Part shown: piece after piece, positions 24,501 to 33,500 of the stretch
Layout of the letters: the number at the start of each line of letters is the position of its first letter
Numbering within the stretch: position 1 is the first letter of the stretch
Assembly: GCF_964204645.1 (NCBI RefSeq)
Contig: NC_134030.1
Span: forward strand, 12,235,947-12,299,946
DNA from: Tubulanus polymorphus
Lineage: Eukaryota; Animalia; Nemertea
Direction of reading: 5' to 3'
DNA length: 64,000 bases
Notes under the pieces: model-generated
Seen by the model: the letters and a program-made list of their open reading frames with translations, nothing else
What the model was told of the DNA's origin: nothing
Database searches by the model: none
Translations under genes and position numbers: made by a program

Positions 24501-27500
24501 TATCAAAATAATCGACAAAAAAATCAACAACATCACTATTTGAGCCAATAACCTTCAAAATGAATTTTCTATATGAAATTGCTATTTTCAAGTGAATATT
24601 ACACGATTGTTGCTGCTGTAACTAGGTAACAAATTAATGTATGCATAAAATTAACGTTGAGCTATATGCGCTGCAATCCCCCAATTCAGAGAAGGTTTAG
24701 ATTGTAAAATTGCTCAAAACCTAAGATGAGATATTCGAATTATTTTGCAAAAGTAGTTTAAAGTGTATTTCCTTGCCAAATGATAATGAAGATGTTAAAA
24801 TTTCAGACAAAATCCCCTGAAAGTTCATTGTTCATTTGCGCAATTCCATTTCACAGTCCTATATACACATATGTACAAGTAGCAGTGGGGACGATTTGTG
24901 CCAGCACTAAAATCCAAACCACTTTAGGTAGAAAATTATTCTGGTGCCCCAGCGTAGTCCAGCAGATGGATTTGATGGTCCACTGGTCGAGTGGGTCATC
25001 CTGGTTGGTATTTGATGCACGCGAGTTGAGACTACTTATAACATGCTCATCACATGCTCATCAGCCTCCACAATTCTTAGCCCTGCCAATGTATAGTGGA
25101 CTCCATGGCACATACGGTCCGGGATTACATTTGGTTAATAGTCCATACGCTTCAACCATGGCCTTTTCCGCTTCCGTGAAACCTCGTTTGTGGTTTGTAC
25201 CATGGTTAACCACTACTGCTTGGCAGGGGACCACACACCATTTTAACGTTTCCAGCAGCTGTTCTAAAGTCTCACCAGAGTGAGCGATCGAAAAGTTGGG
25301 GCGAAACTTTGTTCGCGAGAACATAGAGTCTGAAACGAGTAGGATTCGGGGGGTTCTTTTGGATCTCAACTTGCCTTGTACTCCATGCCAACGTTCCCCA
25401 ATGTCTCGAACTTTGCCTCCCGCAGCCTCAACCATGGCTCGGATATCTCCAACTGCTGCAGTCATGCGGTCTTCAGCAGCAGACTTCTTCCTGGCTCTCA
25501 GAGAAAACAGCTAGATCGCAGATATTGCAGTGCCGGTAACCTCTGGGCCAGGTGGCACAAAGAATGCATTGCAATGCTCCACGAGTTACACCATTTTCAG
25601 ACGTGACACATTCTTTCCATAGAGGATGAAGTCAACCAGATATTTTGCCATCTGGGTGACCAAATCTCTCTTCAGCTGGTGCTTTCTTTCTTCAAAGTTG
25701 TCGAGCTGTAAGACTTCCATTGGAACCTGCACCAATAAAGAATAAATTCATTGATAAGTAGTGTACTACTTTAAGTTCTACATTATCAAGAGCAGAGCAG
25801 GTAGCGGACGTCTCACTGTTAACCCCGAAAAAACAGAAATACACCCGGCCGAATCTTCTAAGACTTGACCCTAACTGCCAGGCCAGGCCACATAAGCTTA
25901 CAATTAGAAATAGCCTGGACATAGTCTTTCTGCCAGATCGGTCATCGAATGTTCTGTCTCAACCTAAGTTGTCTGGTTGGCTCAGGGCTGTCTACCTCGA
26001 AACCTTGGATGGCGTCATCAGAGCAGGAAATGTCATCTGCACACGAGTCATCCAATTTCTCTGTGTCTGTCTCACGGTCAGTTTCCACCACAGGTTGTTT
26101 GGTTTCAGGATCTGCTAGTCCACCAGAAGACGGCTCACCCTCCACCAGCCTATCCTCCCCCGAATCACTATCCTCAGAAGAGTCAACATCCTCTGCACTA
26201 TCGCTTTCGTGTTTTCCAACTCTTCCTGAGGTGTTCTCAATTCGCAGTGCAGCTGGACATCTATGCTGGTCTCAGACTCCACATCACTTTCACTCACTAG
26301 TATCAGAGGGCTTGATTTTGGGTAGTTCACCACCGTTAGGCGCTCAATGACAATGTATGGTCCCAACCACTTCTTTCGAAACTTAGGGGCTTCATCTGGT
26401 TTGACGTAGTGATTACGAAGCCACACCTTGTCACCTGTCGTGTACCCACCACGACGGGCAAAACGGTCATATGTATCCCGCTGTCGTCTCTGGGCCAACT
26501 TCAACTTCTCCCTTACTGTCTCATGGGCTGACTCTAATTGAGATACACGTTTATTGGCAAGCTCAGCAGAAGACAATCTTGGTGCTGGAGCACCAATTAT
26601 CACATCCAACGGGATGCTCATCTCTTCACCAAAAGTCAGGAAGAATGGAGTCTCAGCTGTGACTCCTTCCTGTACAGCAGAGCGGTAAGCCATTAAACAA
26701 GCTGGCAAGTGTTCATCCCAGTCAGAGCCTTTCTCAACAACAGCAGCAGACAGCATGGACCTGCTGGTTCCTCAGGCCAAGCCTCCGGCCATTTTGTGAA
26801 GGCATCCTGGGCAACTAGGATATACTTGTTTTGTCGCTTGGTAGCTGGATAAATGGGTCCAACCACATCGATGTGAATCCTCTGGCCACGGCGTCCAATG
26901 GGTGTTGATATTAATGGTGCTGTTGGCTTCTTTGGTGGGTTTTTAATCTCTTGGCTTTCCTTGCAACTCTGAATGTACCGCTGGATGGAATTTTTCAATT
27001 CTTCAACTTCAAGTTTGCAGCCCAAAAACAGGCAAACACTTCATTCAGACGTCCCAGGTGACTTTCCAGGTCGGGACTTAAAACAATAAGGTCATCGAGA
27101 TACAGTAAACATGTTTTCCAAGCAACCTTGTCTAGAACCAGCGACATGAGCCTTGGAAATGTGGCAGGAGCATTCGTAAGCCCAAATGGCATGACGTTTC
27201 ACTCAAATATTCCTCGCTCCGTCACAAAGGCAGTTTTTGGCTTGTCCTCTTCACGTACAGGCACCTGCCAGTACCCACTCGCCATATCCAGTGATGAGAA
27301 CCACGCAGCACCGGAGAGGGACTCAAACGTGGCATCAACCCTTGGGAGTGGGTGGGCATCCTTGGTCGTGAAATCATTTAGCCGCCTGTAGTCAACACAT
27401 AGCCAAAGGCTACTGTCCGCTTTCTTAGCCATCACGATGGGGCTTGACCAGGCTCCACTCGATTTTCGAATGAGGCCATGTTCTAAGAGCTGGTTTGCAG

Positions 27501-30500
27501 AGGTTTCCACAAACGACTGTCGGTGTGGCGGTACCCTACGCGGTGGCTGTTTAAGGTGTCAATGGTGTGCTCCATCATAGAAGTCCGACCAATATCAAAG
27601 TCATCTGTCGAGAATATGCTGAGGTTTTGCAAGACTGTCTCGATAAGTTCTGCCCTGGTCTTGTCGGGAATATCTAGTTCATTTGCCTTTAAGGCCCCTC
27701 TGGGAACCCTGGTTGGCGTTTCCCTGTTGTCTCGGTTGTTGGCGACACTGACCGGCTTGCCCACGGTTAAAACACTGGACCAGCGGACACCTATTTACAG
27801 GGTGGTCAGGTACTCTACAGCGCCAACATGTGTCGTTTACCGGGGCAGAGGAGGATTGATGCTGAGCCTCCAATTTTTCGAGTCTCAATGAAATGTCCTG
27901 GACCATAGACATAAGTTTGTCCATCTGGCTGGGTTGGGCTAACGCATTTACACTGACCTCTGAAACTCTCTTTTTCTCCTGACGACGCTCTGTGAGTTTT
28001 CGTGCGGTGTTGAGCAATCGCGCTTAACTGACAGCGTCGGCCAGAGTTTTAGGTCGGTGCACAAACAGTTGCTCTCGACCTCCCACGCTTAGTGATACCC
28101 CATTCATAAAACGGTCGCGTGCCACTTCATCCTGTACATTATATGGGATGTCAGGATATGCATTTCTACAAAGTTCTAGCAATTCATCCGCAAAATGTTC
28201 AATTGATTCAGACGAATGCTGCTCTCGGGTACAGAGAAGCATCTTGAAGTCTTCCGTGTCTGAAACGATCAGTCAGTCTCTCGCAAAACTCGCTGTATGT
28301 CAACGACTCAGATAATCGCAGGTTGGAGACAGCCTGATAGGCTTCATGGTCGAGACGAGACCACAGGTTTTTCTTTCTTGAGGCACCATTGTTGTTAAGT
28401 CGACTGTGCCCCACCTCATCCGCATAATCGTTAAAACGCTCCAACCAAATTCGAAAGTTATTGCCGATAGTATAGGGTTTGGGTGGGGGGAAAGTCGGTG
28501 TGGACCTCGAGGACGATGCCGATAAAACACTCTTAAACACTCTGAGGATTAACGGAAGCATAATCGAATCTGGCTTGATCTTCGAAGTCAATGCCTCTTT
28601 GCATGTAGCTAGTTGTTATCTGATCCAAATTCCAAATTTTCTTTTTGATGAAATTTGATACCCGTCGCAAGACAGCATAAGACCAACCACAGTGCGTGCT
28701 TGCGTCCCATATCATGACCGCTTCTTTGGCCGTTGAAGCTGTCATTCTCATATATCTATGGGAAATCCATGTTTCGGTAACTGATTGGTCCTCTGTATCG
28801 TCTATCATTATGGAATGTAAATTTTCTAATTTTCCTGAGGGGGACCGGTTGTAACTAAATTGGCACAATAACTGGAGAAGTATGTCTCGCCTGTCATCTG
28901 TCAAAAGGTTATCATTGTACTTAAAAATAAGTACAGTTTCCCACATACATTTGACATTTTTAGCCTGATTTGCCTTTTGCAAATCGCGCAGAAATCCGTT
29001 AATTGCATCATCCAAAACAATCCGTTGATTTAGAGGGCGTGGATAGAAGTTAATGACCGCATTTTCGCGAGTTGATTTCGTCGACTTATAAATGGCTTCA
29101 TTAATACAAGATGGTCGTTTTTTTCTGCCTTTTTTCCACTGACATGGTAGGTCAGTACACGCCGGGCTGTTTTGTCCAACATAATCAGTAAGATTAAGTA
29201 GTAGTGCAGCAATATGACTGCACCTACTTAAAGCTGATGCTTTACAGTGACAACTGGCATCACGGACAGCCCCACTTGTCATTGATAAGGTCACAGTAAC
29301 ACTATATTGAATGTCTTTCATTGATGCCTGTATAGTGGCTTTATAATGACAAACATCGCCTGATACCTTCACTTTGATCGGACTCACATTGTCTGATGAC
29401 AAATACTGACGTCCCCTTCATAGTGATTTTTCAGTCACAATCCCTGTAAGGTTGCCATCATCATCATCATCCCCATCATCGCAAACACCAGTAACAGACA
29501 ATGTTGGCATAGATTCCACTAACCAGTGGTAGGTATGTCCATAATTGAATAGTGGTGGAAGTTCTAAATTAAAATCTTTCCATCCAGTAATCGGCAGAAT
29601 CGTAAAATGTCGCATTGGAGTCTGTTGACTCGTTAAATCGCTCAATTTTTTTTCATACCATTTTCCTTTGTCTATCTTGACATCAATTTCAACCCCCATG
29701 GATAACCCTTCTTTGCACCTGAAAACAGAAAATATTAAAAACAAGTTTTAACAACCGTTTTATATTTCATTTATATGGATGCTCTGAATGAATATTTTAG
29801 TATAGGCCTATACCTCCTATCACTCCAAACTAAGTTATAAAACCCATCACTTTCTTCAAGTGTGATGGAATAGATAATAATGAGATGGCTTGGACTTAGG
29901 TTTTGGGCTTTTTAGTGAAAAGTATGGCTAAGAAAGAAAGGCTACATATATCATCAAAATATATAAAAAGTACTTACCGCTGGATAAGGTCTGCTCTTCT
30001 TCCACTCAATCTGAGGCCTCTACATTCTAACCAGCGTTTTAACTGAATATTGGTGTGTTGCTCTATCTCTGCAGATAGTTTAGCACCCGGTACGTTGTCT
30101 TCAGTTAATTTGATAATTTGAATTGAAGCCATTTTTAGTAATTAAATCGATTGTTCGTATGTGTACACCATAGAAATACTATGTCTCGCAGTGAAAGTTT
30201 GCCAGACATCCGGGAACTGCCACACATGTGTGTACTTAAGCACTGGGTAATGACTTAGCTCTAACGCTGCGCTATTTCACGTATTTGTTTTTGTATAATT
30301 AGTGCCTTACCGATCCTTAATACTTCAAGTGGAATACAGTATGGACATGTACAAAATACTCGAAAACATGTGAAAAACTGAGCGTACGATGCACAGACTA
30401 AGTTACACAAAGCGTGGGTTCACTTCAACTCAATCAAAATCGCTACAAATCCCAGTACGCTGCCAGCAATGTAAATATTTGGGGTATCCTCAGTTTGGCT

Positions 30501-33500
30501 ACAATGCTCAGTGCGCCTACAATAATAACAATAGGACGGCTCCGGCCGTCACAAAGCTGTAACAAAAAATGCCGGGATCGTCAAATTTAAGGATAGTTTT
30601 TTAAGGTTGGCTGGCTGACTATAGCTCCTTCAAAACAGAGCTGTTGTTTTTTGTCGCTGAAACTTTTTTTTCTTTTTTGATTTCTGAAGAAAAATGAAAA
30701 AATATGGTAAGGTCTTTACTAGGCTGGTTCAACTCCAGAATAGGTCAATAGTTCTGTCGTGGTGGGTTTTCTTTAATGAGGTGTGTGGTTTAGTTCCTGA
30801 TTGTACACCGATTCTACTCGTCAACAATGTCTACAATCTGATTGTCGAACGATTGTACTCATCGACAATGTCTACAATCCTGATTGTCGACCGATTCTAC
30901 TAGTGGACAATGTCTACAATCCTACTAGTGGACAATGTCTACAAATGGCCCGCATCATTAGCATGATTTATCCACGCATTTTCAAAAAATATTTTATTTG
31001 GCACATTAAACCATTACACACATAACTGAACAATCCACAATGCGTCCTTTAAAAGCCAGATAATGCCCTTCTTTCTTCTTCATAGAAGCGTCAGGCCATA
31101 CAATCATGCCTTCTTTGTTAGAGTCGCTAAACAAATCCGGGTCGATGAATAACGATGGTATCGCTATTCGTCCAGTGAACAATAATCCATTTTGCGAATG
31201 TATTGTGATCCATTGTTTAGTTGAGTGAAAATATTAAACAAGAGGCCCATGGGCCTGGAAGCATTGGTAGATTATACCGTGGTGTTAAGTGGTTATAATG
31301 TTTTACATCTGCCGGCAAATCTTCTATGACGATGTTGATTGGGAGGACGACAGACTTAAAGGTCTATTTGTCTAGTACGACTTTATTCCTGTAAATGAAT
31401 TTATTTTCTGCCGAACGATTTAGCCTAGGCTATTTGTACTGTTAAACCTCATTAATGCGATTTTGTTAAAAAGACGAAACTAGTTTATTCTGATGTTTTC
31501 CATCATGTCCCAGCCAAAATATTTATATCAATCAAGATTTGGATGCAAAAACTCATTTTTACGCATGAACTGTTAGGACCCACTGAATAATGAAAACAAA
31601 AACAGAACGATTTTTCTGAATGCAATTGCAAGACCCTCTGATCTCAGAGCTCCAAGCTCTGATGCATGTACGCATGCAAAACGTCGCAGAGAGCGATGCC
31701 GGCGTTGGTGTCACTGAGGCCGGCTGATGATTGTTTGTTTGTCTTTTTGTTTGTTTGGCTTTACGTACGTCGTTTGGATCTTGGTTTCCCAAGACTATTC
31801 CTATTGGATTGTTCATTTAACCTCATGGCAGTACGGCCTTTGAAGTGTTGCCCGCACACTTCGCAGCCAGCAGGACTCGAACCCACTTGTAACTCAGCAT
31901 TGATAGTGGATTCAACAGCATCACGCCTTATCTCACTGAGCTACCGAGGCCGCTCGATTCAATTCCAAAAAACTACAGCAGCGGCAAATAACCATCACAA
32001 TATTGCAATTTACGACAGACAACGCGTAAATTCAATCACTGTTGTTTAACGCATGGAAAAGATAATAAAAGGTTTTTTTTCCCGGCGCGCATTACAAAGC
32101 GAATCTCTGCCGAATGCGTAAGAGGGTGCTACCGCCTTATGAGTGCACAGCAGGCGGGTAGGGCGTCCTAAAAAGAAAACTTATATTAGAATATAGCCGA
32201 ATCGTATTTTACTATGTCAGTCAACTGATTGATAATACAACATGGTTGTTCTCGGCGTACTTAACAATGATATTTTCCTCCAATAAACAACTCAACTGTC
32301 AATGCAGACATATCGCTAGGCGATTGTTTAACCTGCTCTCATCTACCAGATAATGAACGAGAAAATGCGATCGAATAACTTTTTGGGCCATTAAATCAGA
32401 AATCTGGCGACGCTATGTTGTGGGGAATAATTGAAACATTTTTTTTAGTCATTTTCAGCTGTTTCTAATGTTTGACGTGAACGGAGTGACAATTTGAAGT
32501 TACTATGAAAATGAGAAGAGTCGGCGCTATTTTTTGTACTACTATTTTCGATCCATTTTACTAGCATTGGCATGACGTCATAGACGTCGACCAATGCTAA
32601 AAAGATCGTGAAGTGAATAGAGAAAGCGTGAATACTGAATGGTGGGAACAAACACAAAGGAAAGATGGCGGTCTCCGCGCAGGGGTGCTTGGGAGTTTAA
32701 TTAAAATAAATTCTTTTTTAACAAGTAAAATTTATATTCACATTTTATATCTTTAAATATTAAATGATAATCCCTTTATGAAATCTAATTACTTAAGATA
32801 ACTAAAACGAAGCGTAGCTATCAATCTAATGCAAAATCAATTAAGTAAATTGAAAACTGAGATCTATTGACGTAAGGGTGATTATTTTGATATACACTTT
32901 TTAAGATGAAATTTAACAGGATGCTGCAAGATTAATTTTAATTCATATTCTATAAAAAGTTAGAAAAAGCATTTGAATTTACTTTCTCTAATCTGTGTTC
33001 ATTGTAAAAATAAATGCAATATCCAATACTTTTGTTCAGATCATAGTCTTTTTATGAAACAGTTTTTGGAATTATTCAAGGGAGCAACAAATACAAGTGC
33101 TTCTTTCAGGATCCCATCTCGACACAAGACACACAACATGACTTCCGTAACACAGCATCCTTGAGAAAACTTCTACAAAAATGTAGATCAAACAATAAAA
33201 GAACAGGAGATACGAATATCACAGTCACTGAGGCATATTCTTTCAATTCAAGTAGTACGAACTACATGTATTTCCGTTCAGTCTACATGTGTGACAAAAT
33301 ACACATGTAACAAGACCTATATACACGTGTACTGTTAGAATACACATGGATCTGTTCATAGTACATGTGTAGCAATTGAAGTGTTACAGCAAATATCGTA
33401 TGCACGAAAAAGCATGGTGTTGATGAGTGCTATTTTCCATTCGTATGGGCACATAGCGTTGAAATTCAAAAGTAGGCCAGTGTAAGAAGCTTTCCTGTAC

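Noticed and set aside
24780-25283. 167-aa + strand ORF
   Set aside because: It is antisense to the motif-bearing SGNH-like frame and has no features of its own.
8495-30132. One giant composite transposon or endogenous virus (Polinton/Teratorn-like)
   Set aside because: No bounding TIRs or TSD and no polymerase B, ATPase or capsid genes were seen. The pieces have their own termini and differing decay, which fits serial insertion.
30796-30944. CRISPR-like array
   Set aside because: The linkers between repeats resemble each other rather than being unique spacers. There are no cas genes and the context is eukaryotic.
31860-31951. tRNA gene
   Set aside because: No convincing cloverleaf or acceptor stem, and it continues into a body and CAAA tail, which fits a SINE.
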